Positions 8,138 through 16,341 of a stretch of 61,043 bases of DNA are shown here, in pieces. Source of the DNA: a virus. Its lineage: Duplodnaviria; Caudoviricetes. Positions within the stretch are counted from its first letter, which is position 1. The number at the start of each line of letters is the position of its first letter. A program made the translations under genes and the position numbers. The DNA is taken from positions 1-61,043 of the IMG/VR virus record IMGVR_UViG_3300025687_007811; one strand, given 5' to 3'. Under the pieces are notes generated by a model. That model searched no databases and was not told where the DNA came from. It saw only the letters and a list, made by a program, of their open reading frames with translations.

Positions 8138-8316
8138 GAAGCTGAATTTCCCGAGAAAACGATTGACAAAGCTGGTCAGTAAGTTAGAATGATTTTGTCG
8201 CAAGCAAAATTGATTCAAGTATCGGATAAGAAATATGTCACTAGACCCCTCTATGGGCCAGAGCCGGTTTAAAATTCTGGAAAGAACCAGCATGTGTAGT
8301 AGTTGCTGGCAGCTTC
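8138..8316 (+). ncRNA. Candidate ~180-nt multibranch RNA
   Basis: gaagctg/cagcttc closing stem with several internal hairpins, between tRNAs. Confidence 0.45.
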
Positions 8317-8324
8317 TTTTTTTT

Positions 8325-8395
8325 GGCGTATTGGTGTAATGGAAGCACGCGAGACTGTCGATTTCGAAGCAGGGGTTCGATTCCCCTATACGCTG
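8325..8395 (+). tRNA. tRNA-Asp(GUC)
   Basis: cgaga-ctgtcga-tttcg; G73. Confidence 0.9.
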
Positions 8396-9018
8396 CTTAG
8401 TTTTTCGTTTATTATGCTTAAAATGATTTCTAAAAATTTATCAGAGCTTTTTTGTTTGAAATATTTTTGATGTGAAGTGTCTATTATACACAAAGCAATG
8501 TTATTTTCTATACATGCCTGAAATTTTCTTTGATCATTAGTTTGCGTTTTACTTAACTTATCTTCCCCAAATATAGGCTCATAATGAAATATCCCGTTAA
8601 GCTCAAAAGCTAAACATAAAGAGGGAATGTAAATATCGAGTTCAGAACCTATTGCGGAAATATCGTTATACAAAATTTCTAAATTAGGATATTGGTTAGT
8701 TAATTGGTTTTGTATGTATAATTCTAACTTAGATCTTTTTGATCCATGTTTTTTATTCGCGTTATGGTATTTGCCCATACAAGATCTGTTGCAAAAAACC
8801 TTACCGCTTTTACTTTTTTTAACCTCGTTTTTCTGTTTTATAAGAAGTTTGTTACAAAACCCACAATTAATTTCAACGCTTCCTTCTTTTGATCTTTTTT
8901 TGCTAAAACACTTGTGGGAGCAATAAATGTTTTCCCTTTGACCTGTTTTAAATTTATGTGAATCACTATCTGTTCTTGTAAATTCTTTTCCACAAAAATT
9001 ACAAATAAAAGCTTTCAT
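8386..9018 (-). CDS. Zn-finger plus Vsr/DUF559-like (EDxHD-type) putative homing endonuclease
   Basis: Repeated CxxC/FCNRSC; ELDIYIP..AFELNGIFHY. Confidence 0.78.
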   Translation of the reverse strand: MKAFICNFCGKEFTRTDSDSHKFKTGQRENIYCSHKCFSKKRSKEGSVEINCGFCNKLLIKQKNEVKKSKSGKVFCNRSCMGKYHNANKKHGSKRSKLELYIQNQLTNQYPNLEILYNDISAIGSELDIYIPSLCLAFELNGIFHYEPIFGEDKLSKTQTNDQRKFQACIENNIALCIIDTSHQKYFKQKSSDKFLEIILSIINEKLSSV

Positions 9019-9098
9019 TTTTAAACCCTCAAAATTGATTTTCAGTACCTGTATACGTCGTCACATTATTATACACCAAGTTATGAGAAATTAATTAA

Positions 9099-9281
9099 AT
9101 GCATCAAATAAAAAACAAGTTTTATCATACAATCTCTGGAGCTACAACGCTCCAAGAACTGATTGATGAAGTAAACAGATTAGAACTAGATCCAAAAGAT
9201 TGCAAATTCGAGTTTTCAACTGATTATACTGAAAGTTTAGGAAATCCATATACAGTTGTTAAGCTTATTTGCGAGACATAA
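9099..9281 (+). CDS. Hypothetical protein
   Basis: Short ORF between endonuclease and tRNA. Confidence 0.45.
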   Translation: MHQIKNKFYHTISGATTLQELIDEVNRLELDPKDCKFEFSTDYTESLGNPYTVVKLICET

Positions 9282-9286
9282 CAAAT

Positions 9287-9368
9287 GCCGGGGTGATGGA
9301 ATTGGCAGACATGCGAGTCTTAGAAACTCGTGCCTTATGGCGTGGGAGTTCAAATCTCCCTCCCGGTA
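9287..9368 (+). tRNA. tRNA-Leu(UAG)
   Basis: cgagt-cttagaa-actcg; class II. Confidence 0.92.
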
Positions 9369-9374
9369 CTATAA

Positions 9375-9456
9375 GCCCATGTGGTGGAATTGGCAGACAC
9401 GCTGGACTCAAAATCCGGTGCCGTAAGGCGTATCGGTTCGAATCCGATCTTGGGTA
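9375..9456 (+). tRNA. tRNA-Leu(CAA)
   Basis: ctgga-ctcaaaa-tccgg; class II. Confidence 0.92.
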
Positions 9457-9482
9457 CTAATTTCAATAAGAAAGGAAATGCA

Positions 9483-9851
9483 ATGGATATTTCAACGTTA
9501 ATCGGAAAGAAGATTGATCAGGTTCGGCAGTATGATGACGAGGTAATTTTCGTATGTGGAAATGAAGCATACAATATGTATCATATGCAGGATTGCTGTG
9601 AGCGTGTTTATGTCTGGGATATTATCGGGGATTTAGAGTCATTGATTGGAAGCACTGTGTTAGCAGTTAGTGAGGACGACGATGATCCAGTAGACGTTGA
9701 TTATACTCCACACGAATCATATACTTGGACTATCTATACTCTAGTTACTGACAAGGGAACTGTGGTAATTAGGTGGCTTGGAGAGTCAAACGGATATTAT
9801 TCAGAGCGTGTTCATTTTGGAATTACCCATGTTCCTATGTATATGAGATAA
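9483..9851 (+). CDS. Conserved phage hypothetical protein
   Basis: AAAGGA RBS; HMQDCCE and WLGESNGYYSE motifs familiar from phage proteins. Confidence 0.75.
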   Translation: MDISTLIGKKIDQVRQYDDEVIFVCGNEAYNMYHMQDCCERVYVWDIIGDLESLIGSTVLAVSEDDDDPVDVDYTPHESYTWTIYTLVTDKGTVVIRWLGESNGYYSERVHFGITHVPMYMR

Positions 9852-9861
9852 GATGGATTCT

Positions 9862-9948
9862 GGAAGCGAGGCGAATATTGGTTTGTCGCGGTTGTTTGCT
9901 AAACAACTCCGGGTAAAACCGGTGCAAGTTCAATTCTTGTCGTTTCCG
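9862..9948 (+). tRNA. tRNA-Ser(GCU)
   Basis: gttgt-ttgctaa-acaac; long arm; G73. Confidence 0.9.
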
Positions 9949-9977
9949 CTCAAATTGAACCATAAGGGTGATATAAT

Positions 9978-10051
9978 TACCCCTGTCCGTCTGGTTTGGC
10001 GGGTTAGTCCTGATAAGACTAATGTATTCAGTTCGAATCTGAAAGGGGTAA
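9978..10051 (+). tRNA. tRNA-Ile(GAU)
   Basis: tagtc-ctgataa-gacta; tacccct/aggggta. Confidence 0.85.
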
Positions 10052-10060
10052 CTTTAAACT

Positions 10061-10132
10061 GCGTTCTTGGTGAAATTGGTATCACGCTGGCTTGCCATGT
10101 CAGTGTTAGGGGTTCGAGTCCCCTAGATCGCA
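10061..10132 (+). tRNA. tRNA-Gly(GCC)
   Basis: ctggc-ttgccat-gtcag; A73. Confidence 0.88.
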
Positions 10133-10238
10133 CTGGTAAAGAAAAAAGGTTAGGAATGCTCGAAAAAATAAAAACTGTCATACTGCTCTCAATTACTATT
10201 TGGTCTTGGTATTTAATAGTTCTTACGGGTCAACAATT

Positions 10239-10326
10239 GGTGGGTAGGTAGATATTGGTTGGCTACACTAGTCTGGAAAACTAGGGGTCTTAATTGGCCT
10301 TGCGGGTTCAATTCCCGTGCCCACCG
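10239..10326 (+). tRNA. tRNA-Ser(GGA)
   Basis: ctagt-ctggaaa-actag; long arm; G73. Confidence 0.9.
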
Positions 10327-10347
10327 CTTCTCAAGAAAGGATAGAAA

Positions 10348-10785
10348 GTGGACAAAGACTTAACTAAGCTGATTTACTATACATCCATTGGTATACATAA
10401 TAACATTATTGTTTATGATAATGATGCGTTAATTGATGATATAACAGCTAGACTATTCCATCTAATAAAACGAGCATTTAAAGAAACGTATGATGTTTAC
10501 CCAGACCGTTTTCTGATTAATGAAGAAGATTTTGAATTTTTTTATGATAAACAGGCTGTCTTTAACTACAGAAATCTAAAAGAAATGAGAACTGCAAGAC
10601 TGTTGGGAATCAAAACATGTGTCATGCAAGTATACGGTATCGATGTTGAAACATTTTCTCCCGAGTATTCGAAAAAAATAGTACAGTTCTTTGAAGACGT
10701 TGATGGCGTTTTGCCATCATATGATGAAAAAATTATGTTTGCGGTTTCTGACAAACCTGAAAAAATTATGCTTGGAAGCTATTAA
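10348..10785 (+). CDS. Hypothetical protein
   Basis: AAGGA RBS, GTG start, 145 aa. Confidence 0.65.
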   Translation: MDKDLTKLIYYTSIGIHNNIIVYDNDALIDDITARLFHLIKRAFKETYDVYPDRFLINEEDFEFFYDKQAVFNYRNLKEMRTARLLGIKTCVMQVYGIDVETFSPEYSKKIVQFFEDVDGVLPSYDEKIMFAVSDKPEKIMLGSY

Positions 10786-10832
10786 CATGTCCCGGCATCG
10801 GATTCAGCGGCGATAGCCGCAGATGACCACAA

Positions 10833-10904
10833 GCCCTTATAGTTTAACTGGCAGAACATGGAGCTTTTAACTCTTCGGTCGGGGTTCGAGTCCTCGTGGG
10901 GGCA
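10833..10904 (+). tRNA. tRNA-Lys(UUU)
   Basis: Loop cttttaa; canonical arms. Confidence 0.88.
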
Positions 10905-10906
10905 CT

Positions 10907-11016
10907 CAGTACGTGGCGAAAATAGGGGATGCGAATCCTCTCGGAAAACGCAGCGGCCTATTAGCCGCCGTCATAATGCAATAAAGACAATGCGGGTTCG
11001 AATCCCGTCGTACTGA
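10907..11016 (+). ncRNA. 110-nt tRNA-like RNA with D-loop hairpin insertion and 6-nt anticodon loop
   Basis: cagtacg/cgtactg acceptor, gcggg-ttcgaat-cccgt T arm, gcggc-ctatta-gccgc. Confidence 0.65.
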
Positions 11017-11022
11017 CTTCAT

Positions 11023-11093
11023 GGCCCATTCGTATAATGGTAATATATCTGGCTTACATCCAGAAGACGTTGGTTCGATTCCATCATGGGCTA
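11023..11093 (+). tRNA. tRNA-Val(UAC)
   Basis: tctgg-cttacat-ccaga. Confidence 0.9.
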
Positions 11094-11107
11094 CTCTATT
11101 ATGAGGA

Positions 11108-11371
11108 ATGCAAAGAATGAAAAATTATCCAAAACGTGAGAAGAAAAAGAGGGGCGACAAATCAAAATACTGTTCTTTTACTGGTAGTGTCGCCACCAAC
11201 ATTAAAGAATCAACTCCCAAAATTAAAGATGTACTAAAGACTAAAGTTAAGTGCCCAGAATGCGGGAGGAAACTAATTCCCGATATATCATGCTGTACTG
11301 GGGGCAGAGAAGATGTTGATTGGGCATGTTGTGTCCATTTTAGTCTAAAGAGACATAGAAGAAAAAAATAA
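11108..11371 (+). CDS. Small basic Zn-ribbon protein
   Basis: CPECG motif, GAGG RBS. Confidence 0.55.
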   Translation: MQRMKNYPKREKKKRGDKSKYCSFTGSVATNIKESTPKIKDVLKTKVKCPECGRKLIPDISCCTGGREDVDWACCVHFSLKRHRRKK

Positions 11372-11699
11372 GCATGTAGACGTTATTGTCAAAGCAATGC
11401 AACACGGCGGTTCGACTCCGCCCGCTTCCACTTGAGATTAATATATGGGAGCGTAATGGTATCGATTGGTTGTCTAGGTAATAACTGCATGTACTGGTTT
11501 GTCGAAGGGCCAGTTAAAAAATCGACAAAATGTAAATGCAGAAAGAAATTTCGCTTTGGCTGTTTAAGTCACGGGGCTTCTAATTGCCTTGTTACCAAAA
11601 ATTAGCGTGACTGACTCTAGGATAGTTTCCATGTTATTCTTAGCATGGTGAGTGGGCACAGCGATATGGTGTCGTCGGATACATAACCGACTTCTAAGC
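11369..11699 (+). ncRNA. ssrA: Circularly permuted (two-piece) tmRNA; tag peptide AERNFALAV
   Basis: Acceptor piece 11369-11430 ending cgcttcca precedes coding piece starting gggagcg at 11447; G3:U70, pk1, tag ORF 11538-11567. Confidence 0.88.
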
Positions 11700-11729
11700 T
11701 TTCAGCTTTAAAAGGAAAGGATTTGGAAA

Positions 11730-12209
11730 ATGAAGAAACCATATAAACCACAAAAGCCAACAAAACCATCAAAAACAATAAAACAATATTCTAATATTGA
11801 TCTATACGAAGGTATAACCAAAAAAGAACTACTTAAACTAATAAAAGATCTTCCAGAAGACGCTATGTTAAGTCAACATATTTACGATGTTTATGGCGAT
11901 ACCGTCTGTGAAATATATTTTCAGGCATGTAAGATAGTAGAAAACCCGCGTTATGAATCAGAAATGACTAAGTACAAAATAAAGCTTAATCAGTACAATC
12001 AAAAAATGTCTAAGTACAAAGTAGAAATGTCGGCGTATGAGGATTACGAAGCTGAAAAAGAAAAGAAAAGGCTTGACAAGCTGAATCGGGATGCTAAAAT
12101 GAAGGAGTTAAAGGAACTAAAAAAGAAACTTGAGGTTCTGGAAAAAGAGTCACCGGAAGCTATTCGCAAGAAAATCCAAGAAATGGAGAAAGAAAGGGTT
12201 TTTAAGTAA
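11730..12209 (+). CDS. Hypothetical coiled-coil protein
   Basis: RBS, 159 aa, charged helix. Confidence 0.7.
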   Translation: MKKPYKPQKPTKPSKTIKQYSNIDLYEGITKKELLKLIKDLPEDAMLSQHIYDVYGDTVCEIYFQACKIVENPRYESEMTKYKIKLNQYNQKMSKYKVEMSAYEDYEAEKEKKRLDKLNRDAKMKELKELKKKLEVLEKESPEAIRKKIQEMEKERVFK

Positions 12210-12308
12210 TGACTATTACCGCAGCTATTTGCTTTCTAGCAGTAAGTATCTTGATTCATGGTGGTTTAAACTTCGTGCGAAGTATGATGTGGTACAAAAA
12301 GGTATAAA

Positions 12309-12530
12309 GTCTCTTGGTCGAGGCTAGTATAGTTCCCATCTATATGAATAGGGGGTTAACCATCCCCACTGAAACTTAGTAGAGACCCTTACTCTCGAAC
12401 GGTGGATGAAACGGGTCTGGACTGAGGTGCAGGCGTTGCGACGACAACGTATTGGGTTATGTGTAAGTTTAGCAGCAATGCTAAATGAGTCGGTGAGTTT
12501 ATCACATTTACTGAGATACCGGCACCCAAA
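12309..12530 (+). ncRNA. Candidate structured RNA(s)
   Basis: gtctct/agagac, agaccc/gggtct, gcgttg/caacgt and ttgggt/acccaa stems in an ORF-free stretch. Confidence 0.4.
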
Positions 12531-12540
12531 TCGTCACTTT

Positions 12541-12612
12541 GGCTGGTTAGCAATCTGGTGATGCAACGGTCTGTTAAACCGTAAGAGATGGGATCGAAAC
12601 CCATGCCAGCCT
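12541..12612 (+). tRNA. tRNA-Asn(GUU), atypical (T-loop ATCGAAA, U73)
   Basis: acggt-ctgttaa-accgt. Confidence 0.78.
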
Positions 12613-12620
12613 CTTTAAAA

Positions 12621-12692
12621 GCTTTCGTGGTGAAACTGGTATCATATTTGGCTTCCAACCAAAAGTTCTCGGTTCGAGTCCGTGCGATTGCA
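12621..12692 (+). tRNA. tRNA-Gly(UCC)
   Basis: tttgg-cttccaa-ccaaa; two U-U mismatches in acceptor. Confidence 0.8.
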
Positions 12693-12709
12693 CTTAGTTA
12701 GGATTTAGT

Positions 12710-13357
12710 ATGGAATTGCAGAAACAACTTATCGATCTTCATTCTCTGGTTTATAAGGGGGATATCTCAACCTCTGAATATCAGACTAAACTGGACGAAC
12801 TACAAGAAAATAACAAAGATGTTATTAAGAAAAAATTAGGGCGGCGACTTGATAGGAGAACCCTTGGAGAATGGGGGGTTGAACTTCTAAACAATGAGTC
12901 TGTAGAACAAAAAATTGCTAAGTTTTGGTTTCCCAAATACGCAAGGAAACATTTTCCCGGCTATGAAAGCCATGAATGTATTGGTGTTGATCAATCCGGG
13001 ATTATTTATTTAGATGGATCTAAAACTACAGAGGTTGATTATATTCTAAATACAGGAGATAGAGTTGAAATTAAAGACTGTCCTTCTCTTAAAAAGGCTA
13101 CTTACAAAGTCAAAAATATTAAGCATTACCTCAAAATTTCGGCATGGGTTTTAACAATTCACAAAAAAGGTGGAATTCCAAGCTTTTACACCTTGATTTC
13201 ACCGGAAGGTCTTGCTAAAATGGTTGAAGAAGTTGGAATAAGTAACCGCTGGGAAATGGGACATAAGCCCTGCTATCAGTTTTATTTCAAGAAAAAAGAA
13301 AATGTATCGGAATTGGCGGTTCCTTTTGGCGGGTACGGAAAAGTTTATCAATGCTGA
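12710..13357 (+). CDS. Hypothetical protein, possible PD-(D/E)xK nuclease
   Basis: E...VDY..N.G.RVEIK pattern. Confidence 0.55.
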   Translation: MELQKQLIDLHSLVYKGDISTSEYQTKLDELQENNKDVIKKKLGRRLDRRTLGEWGVELLNNESVEQKIAKFWFPKYARKHFPGYESHECIGVDQSGIIYLDGSKTTEVDYILNTGDRVEIKDCPSLKKATYKVKNIKHYLKISAWVLTIHKKGGIPSFYTLISPEGLAKMVEEVGISNRWEMGHKPCYQFYFKKKENVSELAVPFGGYGKVYQC

Positions 13358-13425
13358 CTGAGCAGGTGTGGTCATTGCGTCGGTCTGAAAAACCGAAGAA
13401 GCTGGTTCGATCCCAGCAGTCAGCA
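13353..13425 (+). tRNA. tRNA-Phe(GAA)
   Basis: tcggt-ctgaaaa-accga. Confidence 0.9.
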
Positions 13426-13572
13426 CTTAGGTATTATTATGAATGGTGAAAATCTAAAAGTTGGCGAATCCAGCATTGGTTATGCGGCATGGTGTAATAA
13501 ATACTTTGAATTAAAAAGACTGAAAGATGGTAAAGAACCGTTTGTGAAAAGGTTTTCTTTAAAGGAAGTGAA

Positions 13573-13992
13573 GTGTCCGGCAAAATAAGCAAAATATATC
13601 ACAGCAAATGGTTTCCGCGAATTTTCTATACTAAACCGGATGGTGGTAAAAACTCTGGAGTAACGGGGTATTTCCTAATAGAGTGGAAGCCTGTATTTTC
13701 CATAGGAATTCTTCATTTTAAAAAGGGTTCACGGGAAGCATATCATAGTCATGCATTTAATGCGGTAACTTTTTGGTTGCATGGATCAGTAACGGAAGAA
13801 AAAATTGATGGGACGAATAAAAACTTCAAAGGGTCTATACGGCCAAAGCATACGGCTCGAACAAACTGTCATAAAGTTATAGCTCATAAAGATACATACG
13901 CTTTAACTTTTCGCGGCCCTTGGTTAGATTATTGGTACGAAATTGTTAATGGTTGTCAGATAAACCTTACTCATGGTAGGAAAATACTATGA
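13573..13992 (+). CDS. Cupin-like phage protein
   Basis: HSH...G...E...H metal-binding pattern, TFRGPW. Confidence 0.6.
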   Translation: MSGKISKIYHSKWFPRIFYTKPDGGKNSGVTGYFLIEWKPVFSIGILHFKKGSREAYHSHAFNAVTFWLHGSVTEEKIDGTNKNFKGSIRPKHTARTNCHKVIAHKDTYALTFRGPWLDYWYEIVNGCQINLTHGRKIL

Positions 13993-14426
13993 AATACAAA
14001 ATAAGGGTTGAAAAAAGTTGCCGAATTGGTTCTGAAAACTCCTATTCCAACAAGCCGTATACTGGTTATAGTCATGAAGTTTATGAGGATCACAAGTTCA
14101 TCGTATCAACCGGGGAAGCTGAAAAGTGGCCGGATGTAACGGTAGAAACTGATTTAGAAGATCCGATTTTTGTGTTTGTGATTTATTCTTCCGGTAGCAC
14201 GTTTGGTAGAACCGATGGATGTGACGAACTTGTCGGGGTTATTGAAAGAAATCTCGTTTCCAAAGTTGATGATCTTATTTGGAAAAGCACTTCTAAGGAA
14301 GAAAGAGCTTCCGCAGTGTCTGCATTGGGAGATACAATTGGTGAAGATGTTTACGATTGCTGGAACGGATACTTCGAGCATTTACAAGATGTTAAGTTTG
14401 TTGATAAGTATGGGTTTACGTCATGA
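13989..14426 (+). CDS. Hypothetical protein
   Basis: Overlapping operon ORF; YSSGSTFG and W.GYFE motifs. Confidence 0.7.
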   Translation: MKYKIRVEKSCRIGSENSYSNKPYTGYSHEVYEDHKFIVSTGEAEKWPDVTVETDLEDPIFVFVIYSSGSTFGRTDGCDELVGVIERNLVSKVDDLIWKSTSKEERASAVSALGDTIGEDVYDCWNGYFEHLQDVKFVDKYGFTS

Positions 14427-14920
14427 TTTATACACCAGAAACCAACACCGAAGACAGAAATTCATATAAGCTATTCTTGGCTGGGTCAATCGAAAACGGT
14501 AAAGCTGAAGATTGGCAAGACATTATCTGCGATCAATTCAAAGATTGTGATGATTTTGATATCTATAATCCGAGGCGTAAAAACTGGAATGCGGACGCCA
14601 CAGAAGAACAAGTTAGACAGCAAATTAGATGGGAGCAAGATGCTCTCTATAAGTCTGATTTTGTTTCATTCTATTTTGACCCAAACACTATTAGTCCGAT
14701 AACACTATTAGAACTTGGATTATACATCGATAAGGCTTTTTGTATTTATTGTCCACCGGAATATTTTAGATACACCAATGTTTGCGAAACGGTAAAATGG
14801 TATAATACTAAAAAGAACCGGCATATAACTATTACTGATTCAATAGGTATTTTAATCGAGAAAATTCAAATACTGGTCAATAGATGTGCTATATTGAACA
14901 AAAACAAGGATCTTATTTAA
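14423..14920 (+). CDS. Nucleoside 2-deoxyribosyltransferase-like protein
   Basis: FLAGSI, DWQ, YNPRR, QIRWE, SPITLLELG. Confidence 0.85.
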   Translation: MIYTPETNTEDRNSYKLFLAGSIENGKAEDWQDIICDQFKDCDDFDIYNPRRKNWNADATEEQVRQQIRWEQDALYKSDFVSFYFDPNTISPITLLELGLYIDKAFCIYCPPEYFRYTNVCETVKWYNTKKNRHITITDSIGILIEKIQILVNRCAILNKNKDLI

Positions 14921-15054
14921 TGAATCGAGACGAGTTGTTGTTCAGGTGCGTAAAAGTATTAAGAGGAATTGGCGACGGTATTCAAGATGATTATCCTGAA
15001 GATTGTACTGCTTTGCTTGATTTGATCGAAGAGTTGTTTGTATTTGTTCTAAAT

Positions 15055-15123
15055 GCCGGTGCATAGGGCTATGGATCTGCTCTCATAAGGCAGAATCTGC
15101 TGGTTCAACTCCAGCCTCCGGTA
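15055..15123 (+). tRNA. tRNA with CAU anticodon (Met or Ile2), reduced D arm
   Basis: ctgct-ctcataa-ggcag; gctgg-ttcaact-ccagc. Confidence 0.75.
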
Positions 15124-15142
15124 CTTTTTTGAAAGGAATGTA

Positions 15143-15385
15143 ATGAGTAAAGAATGGCGTATTGTGAAAAAGCATATGGACCCAGTACACGGATTAGTTT
15201 ATATTACTGTGTATGCAAGTAATTATAGCGATACTCATCCAGAATCGCCTTATACGCTTAATCTTATGGAAAAGCTCGTAAGGGAACACGGGTCTGATAA
15301 CCTGATAGTGTTTAAAGAAATACCAATCAAAGTAGATGTTATCTGTTCACCACTCAGGAGTGATGAAAATACTTTGGATTCTTAA
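15143..15385 (+). CDS. Hypothetical protein
   Basis: AAAGGA RBS. Confidence 0.6.
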   Translation: MSKEWRIVKKHMDPVHGLVYITVYASNYSDTHPESPYTLNLMEKLVREHGSDNLIVFKEIPIKVDVICSPLRSDENTLDS

Positions 15386-15523
15386 AAAAGATTGGAGTGA
15401 AAAATATGGAAACTTTGAGTAATGGTGGATTTGCTAAGGTTGACGAGAATAACAAGCTTGTCATGTATGTTTCACCAAGTGGTAAAACTTGGACCAGAGG
15501 TATTGGTTGGGAAAAGTAGTTTT

Positions 15524-15548
15524 GTAGGTTCGAATCCTGCCTCCCCCA
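15524..15548 (+). pseudogene. Orphan tRNA 3' fragment (T arm plus acceptor strand)
   Basis: gtagg-ttcgaat-cctgc-ctccccc-a-ct with no matching 5' half. Confidence 0.6.
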
Positions 15549-15550
15549 CT

Positions 15551-16042
15551 TTATGATCCGTGATTAAACTCCCAATGACAATTGGGGCAAAGCGGACGAA
15601 GGTTGGATGGATCGTTTATGATAGACAGTTTGGTGGATTCGTCAAATTCGCAAATAGGTTTAATGTGATCTATTTCAACATGTTTGTCATATCCGCAATT
15701 AGAACATGACTTCCATCCCAAACTTTTAGCAATGGCTCTAGCTCTAGACCTCACTAATGCAAAGGCTGAACTCTTGTGATGTCTTGTATAGATAGCCTCT
15801 TTTAGAGTTGGGTCATTAGGAAATTTCTTTGTCTTGCATTTTGAGCAATAGGTTTTATAACTTTGTACAGGTGTTGAACAGATTTTACATTTTCCTTGCG
15901 GCTGTAAATAAGTTGTTTTGTTGCGAATTTTATTACTATGTTGTCCAGCACAGCTTTTACAACAATAGTTATGCTTGGTTCTTTTAATATCAGCTAGTTT
16001 TTTTTCAAATTCTTTGTCACAATTATCGCATTTTACTTTCAT
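15551..16042 (-). CDS. HNH endonuclease
   Basis: VEIDHIKP...NDPSNLRPLCPNCHWE; AAGGAG RBS. Confidence 0.88.
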   Translation of the reverse strand: MKVKCDNCDKEFEKKLADIKRTKHNYCCKSCAGQHSNKIRNKTTYLQPQGKCKICSTPVQSYKTYCSKCKTKKFPNDPTLKEAIYTRHHKSSAFALVRSRARAIAKSLGWKSCSNCGYDKHVEIDHIKPICEFDESTKLSIINDPSNLRPLCPNCHWEFNHGS

Positions 16043-16056
16043 ATTAAGCTCCTTAA

Positions 16057-16144
16057 GCTCTGGTGTAGCCGACATTCGCCTTCTAAGCGAATTCCCATTA
16101 AAATTGTTGGATGGAGGGTTAGGGTTCGATTCCCCACCGGAGTA
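16057..16144 (+). tRNA. tRNA-Arg(UCU) with truncated D arm and long variable arm
   Basis: ttcgc-cttctaa-gcgaa; gctctgg/ccggagt. Confidence 0.72.
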
Positions 16145-16177
16145 TTTTTAGATTGGTAGATTATCTACCACACCTTA

Positions 16178-16218
16178 TTATACACCAAAAAGTCAAAATT
16201 ATACACCAAAAAGTCAAA
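16178..16218 (-). repeat. Tandem duplication containing the GGTGTATAAT promoter motif
   Basis: ttatacaccaaaaagtcaaa occurs twice; oriented toward the minus-strand HNH gene. Confidence 0.75.
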
Positions 16219-16251
16219 GAATAAAACAAAGCGGACCAAAGTCTGCTGCAA

Positions 16252-16323
16252 GCCGGATTAGTGTAATGGCAATCACGTCGCTCTCGTAAAGCGAAAATAT
16301 GGGTTCGACTCCCTTATCCGGCC
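16252..16323 (+). tRNA. tRNA-Thr(CGU)
   Basis: tcgct-ctcgtaa-agcga. Confidence 0.9.
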
Positions 16324-16341
16324 CCTTTAGAAAGGATAGAT

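Noticed and set aside
5544-8293. Minus-strand ORFs 5544-5738, 6466-6762 and 8087-8293
   Set aside because: Antisense to tRNAs, with no RBS or recognisable motifs.
9269-10251. ORFs 9269-9460, 9853-10251, 9930-10181 and the 5' extension of 9381
   Set aside because: They run through tRNA genes and are shadow ORFs.
15524-16144. A single tRNA split by the HNH gene or a group I intron
   Set aside because: The fragment's acceptor strand (ctccccc) has no partner, tRNA-Arg at 16057 is complete by itself, and no intron core was seen.
16178-16218. CRISPR-like repeat
   Set aside because: Only two abutting copies with no spacer; no CRISPR array or cas gene was seen in the window.
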